The position numbers were made by a program, and so were the translations under genes. Of a stretch of 32,000 nucleotides of DNA, positions 1 through 8,074 are shown in pieces. The DNA is taken from NCBI RefSeq assembly GCF_000022265.1, contig NC_011979.1, positions 1,470,001 to 1,502,000 on the forward strand. The letters are read 5' to 3'. The notes beneath the pieces were generated by a model. It had not been told where the DNA came from. It did no database searches and saw nothing but the letters and a program-made list of their open reading frames with translations. Within the stretch, counting starts at the first letter, position 1; each line of letters starts with the position of its first letter. The DNA is from Geotalea daltonii FRC-32 (lineage in GTDB: Bacteria; Desulfobacterota; Desulfuromonadia; Geobacterales; Geobacteraceae).

Positions 1-168
1 CCCTGCAAGGGCCGGCACCGATACAGCCGGGGATACTGCGGCACCAGGACAAGAAGGTACATCCCAATCAAAAAACAAGACGCAAGTTCGCATTGAATGG
101 GCACAGCCCCTGGAATGAGGATTCCGGCATTGGGTTGTGCAACTACTAACTCTAAAGGAGATTTTGTA

Positions 169-501
169 ATGAAAAGAATGATTACGAAACTGGCCACCAT
201 CTTCGTTTTGGCCGCCTTTGCGACGGCCGCCTTTGCGACGGCCGCCTTTGCTGCCGGATCCGTTACCGGAAAAGTAACCGCCATCGACGGGGAAAAGGTA
301 TCGGTGACGGTAGAAAAAGAACTCCCCGCCTGGCTGAAGAAGGGTGACTCTGTTCAGGCCATGGGTGGGTCTCCCACCGTTGTCGACGTCAAGGGAAACG
401 TGGTCGTACTGAAATTCGGCAAGGCCAAGGCAGCAAAGATCAAGGCCGACAGCAAAATGACCATCAGTGAATCGGCCGGCGACGAGCTCCAGGGATGCTG
501 A
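169..501 (+). CDS. small secreted protein (occupies the position of ExtJ, immediately upstream of the ExtKL-like cytochrome)
   Basis: ATG at 169 lies 8 nt after AAAGGAG (154-160). The track ORF from 97 has no RBS. Signal peptide MKRMITKLATIFVLAAFATAAFATAAFA, then a beta-rich body ending ...GDELQGC. The ExtJ assignment rests on gene order only. Confidence 0.7.
   Translation: MKRMITKLATIFVLAAFATAAFATAAFAAGSVTGKVTAIDGEKVSVTVEKELPAWLKKGDSVQAMGGSPTVVDVKGNVVVLKFGKAKAAKIKADSKMTISESAGDELQGC
211..251 (+). repeat. 15-bp tandem repeat (gccgcctttgcgacg, about 2.7 copies) encoding AAFAT repeats in the signal-peptide h-region
   Basis: Direct reading: 211-225 and 226-240 are identical, and 241-251 is a partial third copy. 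Confidence 0.9.
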
Positions 502-553
502 AACCGGCAGAAAAAGCTTTGCACCCAGCATATGATCTATTTATGGGGAGAAT

Positions 554-1909
554 ATGATGAATCAATGCTTAATTGGCACCCTGGTCCTTCTTTCGGCTGC
601 TGCCCTTCTGGCCGGCCCGGCATCTGCCGGCGGCAAGGCGGGAATCGGCTTGCAGGAGACCATTGCTGCAAAATCGGGCAAGGCGAAAACCCTTGCCGAA
701 CTGGCAAAGATGTACGATTCCAGCTCCTGCATCGAATGCCACCAGGATAAACATGACGAAGCGCAGAAATCCATACATTCGCGCTCCATTTATGGAACGG
801 GAAGAACGGCGTCGACCATAATGTCCGCCATCGAGAATGGCCTTATGGAACAGCCCTATTCTGGGGTCAAGAGCCCGAAGGATGTCAAGGTGGAACACCT
901 GATGGGGTGTGCCAAGTGTCACCTGCCGCAGCTGTCCGATGCCGAGGACTCGGTGGCCCAGGAGCTCGTCAGCACCCTCTACAGCTGGAAGGATGCCCTG
1001 AAGAAGAAGGACAAGGCAGTGGCCAAGCGCGAGGAAGACAAACTCAAGAGCGTCAACATCAACTGTCTGGTCTGCCACAATCGCAATGCCATCACCCACA
1101 AGTGGCAGGACGGCTATCCCAAGGCGGGAGTGGTCTACGGATCGAAGGACGGTGATCATCCTTCAGACAAGTTCCCCAAGATGGCAATCAGCCCCATCAT
1201 GAGCGAATCGATCCAGTGCGGTCAATGCCATGGTATGGGTCCGAATATGGAGCTCGATGAGCCGACCCAATGCTGTACCTCCTACGGTAGTTATCTCTGG
1301 TCCTACAAATCGGAAGGTGGCCAGGAGAGCTGCCAGGAATGCCACATGAAGAAGAGCAAGCTCGGCCACAACATCCAGTCCTACCGTGATCCGGCCATGG
1401 CCAAGGCAGCGGTGGATTTCAAGATGGAATCCTACGGCTATCACTGGCGCGACGGCGCCGAAATAAAGCCTAAGGCGGTGGTCAAGGTAGAAATGACCAA
1501 CCGGGCCGGACACTCCATCCCCGATGGCTGACCGACCCCCAACCGACTGGTTCTGTCGGTCATAGCAAAAACGAAGGATGGCAAGGAAGTTTTCAACCAG
1601 GAAAAGATTTACATGCCGGTTCCGCAGCAGTTGGGCCGGGGTGACCGGATGGGGCGCGGCCCCTACGAGAAGAGCGGCATCATTGAGGATACCGGCTTAC
1701 CGCCGGGAAAAACGGTCCATGAAAGATTCGACATCATGTTCCCCCTTGAGGAGATGGAGGTTGACGGCAAATTTGTCAACAAACCGACCTCCTACGATCT
1801 GGATGTGACCGTTCAGCTCTGGTATCTCCCCTTCGGCACGAAGAAAACCGATCCATTCCTCTGGCACGAAGCGAGCAAGACAATCAGCATCAGCAAGAGC
1901 GGCAAATAG
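554..1909 (+). CDS. extKL: pentahaem c-type cytochrome with in-frame UGA (probable selenocysteine), ExtKL-like
   Basis: Track ORFs 554..1531 and 1613..1909 share a frame. No other stop lies between TGA 1529-1531 and 1613; the gap translates as PTPNRLVLSVIAKTKDGKEVFNQEKIY. There are 5 CxxCH motifs (CIECH, CAKCH, CLVCH, CGQCH, CQECH), a signal peptide ending ASA, and GGGGAG upstream of ATG 554/557. A hairpin lies 10 nt after the TGA. The name is from my recollection of a multihaem cytochrome (seleno)protein ExtKL in Geobacter. Confidence 0.7.
1542..1560 (+). promoter_or_regulatory. SECIS-like hairpin downstream of UGA 1529-1531
   Basis: ACCGAC (1542-1547) pairs perfectly with GTCGGT (1555-1560). 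The loop UGGUUCU contains GGU. The stem starts 10 nt after the UGA. An alternative 5' arm, GACCGAC (1530-1536), can pair with GTCGGTC (1555-1561). Confidence 0.55.
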
Positions 1910-1939
1910 CAACAATCGTTGTACCTCCTTCCTCGTAAT

Positions 1940-1969
1940 GGCCGGCGAACCGTTCGCCGGCCTTTTTTT
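1940..1969 (+). terminator. rho-independent terminator after the ExtKL-like gene
   Basis: GGCCGGCGAAC / GTTCGCCGGCC inverted repeat (1940-1950 / 1952-1962) followed by T7 (1963-1969). Confidence 0.85.
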
Positions 1970-2090
1970 GGGGTCGATGGGCAGAATGCGCATGGTGAAT
2001 CCAGGGGACACGTGCAAAGCGAAAGGTGACGGAGACAGGGGGAATTGCAGCGCGGCCAGGACTGCAGCCCACTCCCGGAAACGTGGAAAC

Positions 2091-2115
2091 AAAAAGGCCG
2101 CCCCAGAGGGTGGCC
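2091..2115 (-). terminator. rho-independent terminator for the minus-strand MCP remnant
   Basis: GGCCGCCC (2096-2103) pairs with GGGTGGCC (2108-2115), with one G-U pair and loop CAGA. A5 at 2091-2095 gives a U-run on the minus transcript. Confidence 0.7.
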
Positions 2116-2135
2116 TCGTAATAGTGCCGGTGGTT

Positions 2136-2393
2136 TTATGATGCCAGATGAAACTGGCCGATGAGATGCTGAAGCTCGCTGGAGAGGTTGGAGAGTTGGC
2201 GGGCCGCAGCCGCCGTTTCCTGGGCGCCCCGCGCCGTACTCACGTCGGTGATCTGCTGGATGTTGCCGCTGATTTCGGATGTGGTGGCGGTTTGCTGCTC
2301 GGCGGCAGTGGCCATCTGATTGACCTGCATGGTAACGCTCCCTACCTGCGTGATTATGTGGCAGGGAGGCATTTTTTTTCGTATGCCGGGCAA
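2136..2393 (-). pseudogene. 3' remnant of a methyl-accepting chemotaxis protein gene (C-terminal signalling-domain arm only)
   Basis: QVNQMATAAEQQTATTSEISGNIQQITDVSTARGAQETAAAARQLSNLSSELQHLIGQF matches only the last ~60 residues of MCP cytoplasmic domains. The N-terminal ~20 residues are unrelated. There is no TM, HAMP or hairpin tip. Confidence 0.7.
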
Positions 2394-2458
2394 GCAGCTG
2401 GATATTTCTGCATGGTTGAATTATAGTGACCTATCACGAAAGCATCTATCCATAGGCC

Positions 2459-4312
2459 ATGTCAATCAAACCCAACAATACCGGCAAACTGATTCTGCTG
2501 ATCTCTCTCATGCTGCTTCTTCTGCTTACCGGATGCGGCCGTGGGAGGTCAACTTGCGAATCATGTCACCGGGGAATCGAAAAGACTTCCGCCAGCCACA
2601 CATCCTGCATGTCCTGCCACGGTGGCGATGACAAGGCACGAAACAAAAATATCAGCCACAGGACCATGTTCGGTCCGAAAAACCCTGCCGATCCCGAACA
2701 CTGGGAGAAGAGCTGCGGGGCCTGCCACGCTCACCAGCTGGGGCGGATGCGCTCCAACCTCATGTATACCAATACCGGCATGATCAAGAATATTCAGTTG
2801 ACCTGGGAAGGGGAGAACGGGCGTCTCTACGGGGGGCGTGGTGACAAGGTTTTTGACGCCGGGGGGCAGGAGCTCCACCTGGATGAGGTTGCCAAGCTCG
2901 ACCACCTGTCGGGGGAACTCTACCGTAAATTCTGCTCCCAGTGCCATGTGGGAAGCGAAACCGGCAATGTGTACAGCGCCAGTCACGGCGCCGGCTGTAC
3001 AGCCTGCCATTTTCCCTATAACGATACGGCAACCTACGAGGGGAAGGACCCCTCGATGAAAGGCAAGACCCCCTATTCCGCCAGCCATGCCATGGAGAAG
3101 CTGCCCGATAATCGGGTCTGTTTCCGCTGCCACAATCGCAGCGGTCGCATTGCCCTTTCCTACGAAGGGTTGTACGATGGCAATAACGGCCTTGTGCCGA
3201 CCAGAAAGGGGTTGCCGGGACCGGTGATGGCCAGCGGCAGACGCAACCTGGTTCATATTGCTCCCGATGTCCACTTCGCCGCCGGCATGGACTGTATCGA
3301 CTGTCACACTTCACGGGACGTGATGGGAGATGGCTATGCCTACGAAAACATGTACCAGCAGACTGAAATAAGCTGCGAAGACTGCCATGGGGGGGCTAGC
3401 AGGCCACGTTGGCAGACGATCAGCCGGGAAAGCGATGCGGCCATAAGGGAATCGAAAAGCTACCGGATGCAGATGCGCCATGGCATGCACATGGTGCTGA
3501 CTGCCAAGGGGCGACCCTACTCCAATGTTTTTTACCAGGACGGGGCGGTTTACGTCCTTGGGAAGCGGAGCGGCAAATTGTTCAAGAGCAAGGTGATAAC
3601 CGGTACTCCGGAACATGCTGTAATCGGCCACCAGCGCATGGAATGCTATGCTTGCCATTCCCGGACCGTGGTCCAGTGCTATGGCTGCCATACCACCTAC
3701 GATAAGGGGGAGATGGGCACCGATTTCATCCGCCAGGAAGAAACTCCGGGGCGGTTCAGTGAAAAGGAAGACTACCGCATGCTCTATCCCTTTCCCCTTG
3801 CCATCAACCAGCGGGGGAAGATCTCCCCGGTTACGCCGGGTTGTCAGACCTTCGTCACGGTGGTCGAGGAAACAAAGCTGAAGTCGAAGGATGAGTATGT
3901 TGCCCGCTATAAGGGAAAGAAACAATTGCGCTTTGCCCCGTTCTATTCCCACAATACTGGTAAAAAGGCCATCGGCTGCACGGAATGCCACGGTAATCCG
4001 GCCTTCCTCGGCTTCGGTCAGCACGTTGTTGAGGGCAGCAGCATCGACGGCACCCAGATCTGTGAGAAATCCGCAGATAAGCCATTGGACGGATTCCTGG
4101 CACTGCGACAGGGAAAGGTAAAGGCGTACTCTGCAATCACCCGGGAGCGTTCCAGGCCCATGAACGGCAGGGAGGTGAAGAGAACCCTTGCCGTCAACCT
4201 TTGCCTTGTATGCCATGGTAGCGCCAAGGACCCCATTTACCGAAAGGAGTTGGATTATCGTGCGCTGGATGATGCCCTTCATCGCCGCTTGCTTTCTGAT
4301 CGCAGCCGCTAG
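2459..4312 (+). CDS. extM: dodecahaem c-type cytochrome lipoprotein (ExtM position)
   Basis: 12 CxxCH motifs counted. Lipobox LLLTGC with Cys26. 617 aa. The symbol is from synteny with the recalled ext cluster. Confidence 0.85.
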   Translation: MSIKPNNTGKLILLISLMLLLLLTGCGRGRSTCESCHRGIEKTSASHTSCMSCHGGDDKARNKNISHRTMFGPKNPADPEHWEKSCGACHAHQLGRMRSNLMYTNTGMIKNIQLTWEGENGRLYGGRGDKVFDAGGQELHLDEVAKLDHLSGELYRKFCSQCHVGSETGNVYSASHGAGCTACHFPYNDTATYEGKDPSMKGKTPYSASHAMEKLPDNRVCFRCHNRSGRIALSYEGLYDGNNGLVPTRKGLPGPVMASGRRNLVHIAPDVHFAAGMDCIDCHTSRDVMGDGYAYENMYQQTEISCEDCHGGASRPRWQTISRESDAAIRESKSYRMQMRHGMHMVLTAKGRPYSNVFYQDGAVYVLGKRSGKLFKSKVITGTPEHAVIGHQRMECYACHSRTVVQCYGCHTTYDKGEMGTDFIRQEETPGRFSEKEDYRMLYPFPLAINQRGKISPVTPGCQTFVTVVEETKLKSKDEYVARYKGKKQLRFAPFYSHNTGKKAIGCTECHGNPAFLGFGQHVVEGSSIDGTQICEKSADKPLDGFLALRQGKVKAYSAITRERSRPMNGREVKRTLAVNLCLVCHGSAKDPIYRKELDYRALDDALHRRLLSDRSR

Positions 4313-5510
4313 TACGGCGATGGCGGAAGAAAATTGCCGGGTCTGCCACCGGGTCGCTACCAGCGGTATCCATGCCGCCCTTGCCTGCAAGGACTGTCAT
4401 GGCAATGATGGGACAACGACTCCCGATCCGGCCTCTGCTGCACATAAAGCCAAAGGCTGTACCAGTTGCCACAACGGCTACGGCCGGCTGTTCGACCATG
4501 CCATGGCTACCCGGACCAGGGAAAAGCAGTTTGTAAAGAAGACGTTCGCCAAGGCCGACCCGCATTTTTTTGACAGAAACTGTCAATCCTGCCACCTGCG
4601 GGGGTGCACCGACTGTCATGGCGGCAGCGGCCATTCCTTGGCCCAGGCACGGGACAGGAATTGCTTTGCCTGCCATCGGGGCTACTTTGTCGGCAGCGAA
4701 TATTACGGCATGGCGCCCAGGGAGGACAGTCTCCGCTATCAGCGGGGGGAGACCGCCTATGGTGAGACTTTCCTCAAGATGCTGCCCGATGTCCACGCCG
4801 AGGCGGGCATTGCCTGCAGCAGCTGCCATACCATGCAGAGCCTGATCGCGGGGGCCAGGACGGCAAAGGGTTGTCTGGATTGTCACAAGCCAAGTAAAAA
4901 AGTGTTGGAACACCGGATAAAAGGACACCTGGAGCGAATGGAATGTTATGCATGCCACTCGGCGTGGGGGGCGCAGGAATACGGCACCTTCTATCTGCGT
5001 TTTACCGACAGCCCATCCCAGCAGGATTATCGCCTGAAAACTGTTAATGGCAATTATGTGAAGAGCGCCTACCTGAAAAAACAGGATGCGCCGCCGCTGG
5101 GGGTCAACGCCAGGGGCATGGTCACTCCGATCCGTCCCCAGTTCATCGCCTACTTCAGCGATATCCGCAACGATATGGTGGTGGGAGAGGAAAACCGGCT
5201 ACTGACAGCGTCATGGAAGGCGTTTTTTCCCCATACGGTGCGTCGGGGAACTGTCATGTGCGATGGCTGCCATGACGCACCGCGGCGCTTTATCATGGAA
5301 GGAAAAGAGGACCGTATCTATCGGCTGCAGGATGATGGCATGAAACTTCCATCCTTCTGGGACAGGACCGGTCAAAAGGTCATGAACGGGGATTTTCTCA
5401 GCCCCGCCCGCTACCGGGCCATGACGGAGAAAAACGCAGCTTATCAAAGGGCATATGTGGAAAAATGGAAAAAACTGACCGATCGCGTCGAAAATTCATC
5501 ATTGCCCTGA
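4260..5510 (+). CDS. extN: decahaem c-type cytochrome (ExtN position)
   Basis: 10 CxxCH motifs. Signal peptide (M)RWMMPFIAACFLIAAASTAMA-EE. GTG 4260 lies 10 nt after AAGGAG (4244-4249); alternative ATGs are at 4269/4272. It overlaps the end of the preceding gene. The track start at 4188 is unsupported. Confidence 0.8.
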   Translation: MRWMMPFIAACFLIAAASTAMAEENCRVCHRVATSGIHAALACKDCHGNDGTTTPDPASAAHKAKGCTSCHNGYGRLFDHAMATRTREKQFVKKTFAKADPHFFDRNCQSCHLRGCTDCHGGSGHSLAQARDRNCFACHRGYFVGSEYYGMAPREDSLRYQRGETAYGETFLKMLPDVHAEAGIACSSCHTMQSLIAGARTAKGCLDCHKPSKKVLEHRIKGHLERMECYACHSAWGAQEYGTFYLRFTDSPSQQDYRLKTVNGNYVKSAYLKKQDAPPLGVNARGMVTPIRPQFIAYFSDIRNDMVVGEENRLLTASWKAFFPHTVRRGTVMCDGCHDAPRRFIMEGKEDRIYRLQDDGMKLPSFWDRTGQKVMNGDFLSPARYRAMTEKNAAYQRAYVEKWKKLTDRVENSSLP

Positions 5511-5863
5511 TCGCCCTTTTAGCGGGCTTTTTCATCCTGCGGAAATACCTGGTGACTGGTCTGGCGCGAAAAAAAGTACTGCTTTCCATTGCCAAGGCCG
5601 ATATTCCCCCACACGGAGCCCTGGTCTACAAGCAGTCGAGGGTTGCCGTCACCAGGGGGAATGACCGCATTACCGCCATAAGCTTGGTCTGCACACACCT
5701 GGGGTGCACTGTGACGGTGACCCCCAGGGAATTTGCCTGCCCCTGTCACGGCAGCACCTTCGACCGGCAGGGCAGGGTAATCAAGGGTCCGGCTGATCGC
5801 CCCCTGGCCCATTTGCCGGTTGAGGACCGGGGCGACCATATCGTAGTTCTGGCTGGGAGTTAG
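5465..5863 (+). CDS. extO: Rieske [2Fe-2S] subunit of a cytochrome bc/b6f-type complex
   Basis: CTHLGC ... CPCHGS Rieske boxes. Tat-like SRRKFI plus an N-terminal TM segment. Confidence 0.9.
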   Translation: MEKTDRSRRKFIIALIALLAGFFILRKYLVTGLARKKVLLSIAKADIPPHGALVYKQSRVAVTRGNDRITAISLVCTHLGCTVTVTPREFACPCHGSTFDRQGRVIKGPADRPLAHLPVEDRGDHIVVLAGS

Positions 5864-5864
5864 C

Positions 5865-6485
5865 GTGGTCAAGGAATTTCTCAAGCATCTCTTCCCACGG
5901 GTCGTGCTGAAGGACAACCTTCGCCTGACCTACACCTTCTGTCTCGGCGGCATGGCTTTCACCGCCTTCTCCTTACTCCTTGCCTCCGGAATGCTGCTTC
6001 TTTTTTACTACCAGCCATCCCCGGACAAGGCCTTCGGTTCCATTCTCTTTCTCGAATCATCGGTCTATGGCGGCCGCTATCTGCGTAGTCTGCACCGTCT
6101 TGCTTCCCATTTCTTTCTCGTGCTCATCTTTCTCCATACCCTGCGCGTCATTCTCACCGGCGCCTATCAAAAGCCACGGCACCTGAACTGGATCGTCGGC
6201 TTCATTCTGCTCTGTCTGTCCGTTTTTGCAGCTTACACCGGCTACCTTCTGCCCATGGACCAGCTTGCCCTCTGGGCAACCCAGACCGGCATGGAACTGC
6301 TTAATACGGCATATTTCGGCGGAATGATCAGGGATATCCTCGTTCCTGATGGGGTCGGCCAGTCCCTGTCGCTGCTTCGCTTCTATGTGCTGCATATTGT
6401 GCTGGTGCCGCTGGCCATTCTGCTCCTCTCGTTTCTCCATTTTTACCGTATCAGGAAAAACAAGGGAATTCTGCCTTACCTGTAA
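5865..6485 (+). CDS. extP: cytochrome b6-like subunit (N-terminal half of cytochrome b, four haem-ligand His)
   Basis: GTG start lies 5 nt after GGGAG. Motifs RSLHRLASHFFLVLIFLHTLR and LRFYVLHIVLVPLAILLLSFLHFYRIRK match the b6 His pairs. Confidence 0.9.
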   Translation: MVKEFLKHLFPRVVLKDNLRLTYTFCLGGMAFTAFSLLLASGMLLLFYYQPSPDKAFGSILFLESSVYGGRYLRSLHRLASHFFLVLIFLHTLRVILTGAYQKPRHLNWIVGFILLCLSVFAAYTGYLLPMDQLALWATQTGMELLNTAYFGGMIRDILVPDGVGQSLSLLRFYVLHIVLVPLAILLLSFLHFYRIRKNKGILPYL

Positions 6486-6506
6486 ACCGTCACTATCGGG
6501 GGAAGT

Positions 6507-6920
6507 ATGAAGGAATACGTGAAGAGTTCGCCGCAGTTCTTTCGCCTCATTAAAATATCGACCGTCGTTGTCGTCGCGGTGATTTCGCTCCTGGCAATCC
6601 TTATCACTGCCCCCCTTCAGGAACCAGCTGACTTGGCCAAAGTGCCCAACCCTGTCAAGTCGGCCTGGTTTCTCCTCTGGATCCAGGAACTGGTCAGCTA
6701 TTCCAAATACCTGATCTATGCAGTGGCCCTGACAGCCGCCTTTTTCTTCATCCTTCCCTGGTTTCCTTCCGCCAGCACGACGGAAAAAGCCCGTTGGTTC
6801 GCCACGGGGCAGCCGGCGGTGAACGTCATAACTATCATTGTCTTCATAGCCATAACCGCTCTCACCATTATCGCCATGTTCTTCAGAGGTGCCAACTGGT
6901 CGCTGGTCGTCTTTTCATAA
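6507..6920 (+). CDS. extQ: subunit-IV-like membrane protein (C-terminal half of cytochrome b)
   Basis: GGGGGAAG RBS. PNPVKSAWFLLWIQELV aligns with the PEWYF region of PetD / cytochrome b C-terminal domains. Three TM segments. Confidence 0.8.
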   Translation: MKEYVKSSPQFFRLIKISTVVVVAVISLLAILITAPLQEPADLAKVPNPVKSAWFLLWIQELVSYSKYLIYAVALTAAFFFILPWFPSASTTEKARWFATGQPAVNVITIIVFIAITALTIIAMFFRGANWSLVVFS

Positions 6921-6931
6921 TCCTTGCCCTG

Positions 6932-7711
6932 ATGCTGCTCTTCCCTGCCATGGTATCGGCGGGCCGGAAAAGTGCCTGTCTAACCTGTCATCCATCCCAC
7001 CATACCGGCCGCGGCAGCTGCACCGGCTGTCATCGTGGGAACGATCGTAGCGAGAGGAAAAATATTGCCCATCACGGCTTGATCGGCGGCCGCTATGCCC
7101 ACTTCACCATCCCGGGCAGCAAGGTTGTAGAAGAAGGCAAAAAGCTGATCGGTGCTGGAGGCTGCCGGCGCTGTCACACGACGGGAGACCGTGGTAATCG
7201 GCTGGCTGCCGATCTGGACAAGCTTTTTCCGGGCGCATCACCCGAGGACGTCTTCAAGGCGATCAAAAACCCGGTGCTCTATATGCCTGATTTCCATTTT
7301 GTCGATACCGAAATCGTCTCCCTGGTCAATGCCATTGCCAGCGGCGCCAGGCAGGAAACGGACCGCCAGAGAGAAATTGTGCAGGTGGTTCATTTTATAG
7401 ATGATGGCTTGGCCAGGGAAAACAGCTTCGTCAGACTGTGCGGCTCCTGTCATAAGCTGTTGAGCCACCGCTACGGCGGCCTGGGCAGCGGCCATATGGG
7501 GCCTAGCCTCTCGGGGCTTTTTAGTGAGTTTTATCCCGCCACCTTTGCCGGCAAGACCAGGTGGCGGGAGGATAACCTGAAAAGGTGGCTGAAAAACCCC
7601 CGCAAGGTTCGGCCAAATGCCTTGATGCCACCTGTTGCAGTCACGGCAGCCGAGTTGGAACAACTGACAGACGCCATGGTTGTCCCCTACCAGGAAAAGA
7701 ATTCACGCTAA
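6932..7711 (+). CDS. extS: tetrahaem c-type cytochrome with a C-terminal class-I cytochrome c domain
   Basis: CLTCH, CTGCH, CRRCH and CGSCH. The C-terminal CGSCH...ALMPP is class-I-like. The start is uncertain: ATG 6932 has no clear RBS and gives a very short signal peptide, and the TTG 6794 of the track would overlap the previous gene by 127 nt. Confidence 0.75.
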   Translation: MLLFPAMVSAGRKSACLTCHPSHHTGRGSCTGCHRGNDRSERKNIAHHGLIGGRYAHFTIPGSKVVEEGKKLIGAGGCRRCHTTGDRGNRLAADLDKLFPGASPEDVFKAIKNPVLYMPDFHFVDTEIVSLVNAIASGARQETDRQREIVQVVHFIDDGLARENSFVRLCGSCHKLLSHRYGGLGSGHMGPSLSGLFSEFYPATFAGKTRWREDNLKRWLKNPRKVRPNALMPPVAVTAAELEQLTDAMVVPYQEKNSR

Positions 7712-7741
7712 AATCAAGCAGAATGAAGACCTGTTCCCGAC

Positions 7742-7759
7742 TTGACAGCAAGTTGTCAA
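7742..7759. promoter_or_regulatory. perfect inverted repeat TTGACA-N6-TGTCAA overlapping the ferredoxin promoter
   Basis: Read directly at 7742-7747 and 7754-7759. Candidate operator. Confidence 0.4.
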
Positions 7760-7780
7760 TTATTAAACACATGCTAATCT
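7753..7780 (+). promoter_or_regulatory. sigma70-like promoter (-35 TTGTCA, 16-nt spacer, -10 TAATCT)
   Basis: Hexamers at 7753-7758 and 7775-7780, about 50 nt upstream of ATG 7832. Confidence 0.45.
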
Positions 7781-7831
7781 TTCTGTAGCAGGCTGACTAA
7801 CAACAAATAATTTTGGGGCGGAGGTTGAGCT

Positions 7832-8026
7832 ATGGCAAAAATAGCGTGGGTCGATGAGGACGTCTGTATCAGCTGCGGTTTGTGCGTTAACAACCTTTCG
7901 GGGGTGTTTCGCTTCAATGATGATGGCAAGGCCGAGTGTTACAATCCGGAAGGGGCAGCGGAAGATGAGATCCAGCGGGAGGCCATCGATGCCTGCCCGG
8001 TTTCATGCATCCATTGGAAAGAGTAA
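7832..8026 (+). CDS. small single-cluster ferredoxin
   Basis: CISCGLC ... CP cluster motif, 64 aa. GGCGGAGG RBS 7 nt upstream. Confidence 0.85.
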   Translation: MAKIAWVDEDVCISCGLCVNNLSGVFRFNDDGKAECYNPEGAAEDEIQREAIDACPVSCIHWKE

Positions 8027-8074
8027 CCCGGGTGGCGGAAGACCGGCAACCAAGCTGTCAAGGAGACGACGTTT

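Noticed and set aside
1-150. Possible 3' end of an upstream gene. Frame 3 reads ...NGHSPWNEDSGIGLCNY and stops at 148-150, 18 nt before the next start. This could be the C-terminal strand of an ExtI-like porin.
   Set aside because: All three forward frames are open for 30-50 codons at the window edge, and none has a recognisable motif. The operon-like spacing is suggestive, but I cannot support a call from 150 nt.
4188-4259. Track start at 4188 for the 10-haem cytochrome ORF.
   Set aside because: The extra 24 residues precede an obvious signal peptide and lie wholly inside the previous gene. An AAGGAG-supported GTG at 4260, or ATG 4269, fits better.
6794-6931. His-rich N-terminal extension (ERHNYHCLHSHNRSHHYRH) of the 4-haem cytochrome ORF, which could pass for a metal-binding tail.
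   Set aside because: It is the +1 reading of the Ile/Thr-rich last TM helix of the preceding subunit-IV-like gene (ATC ATT / ACC ATT give CAT/CAC). It would need a TTG start and a 127-nt overlap, so it is most likely a frame artefact.
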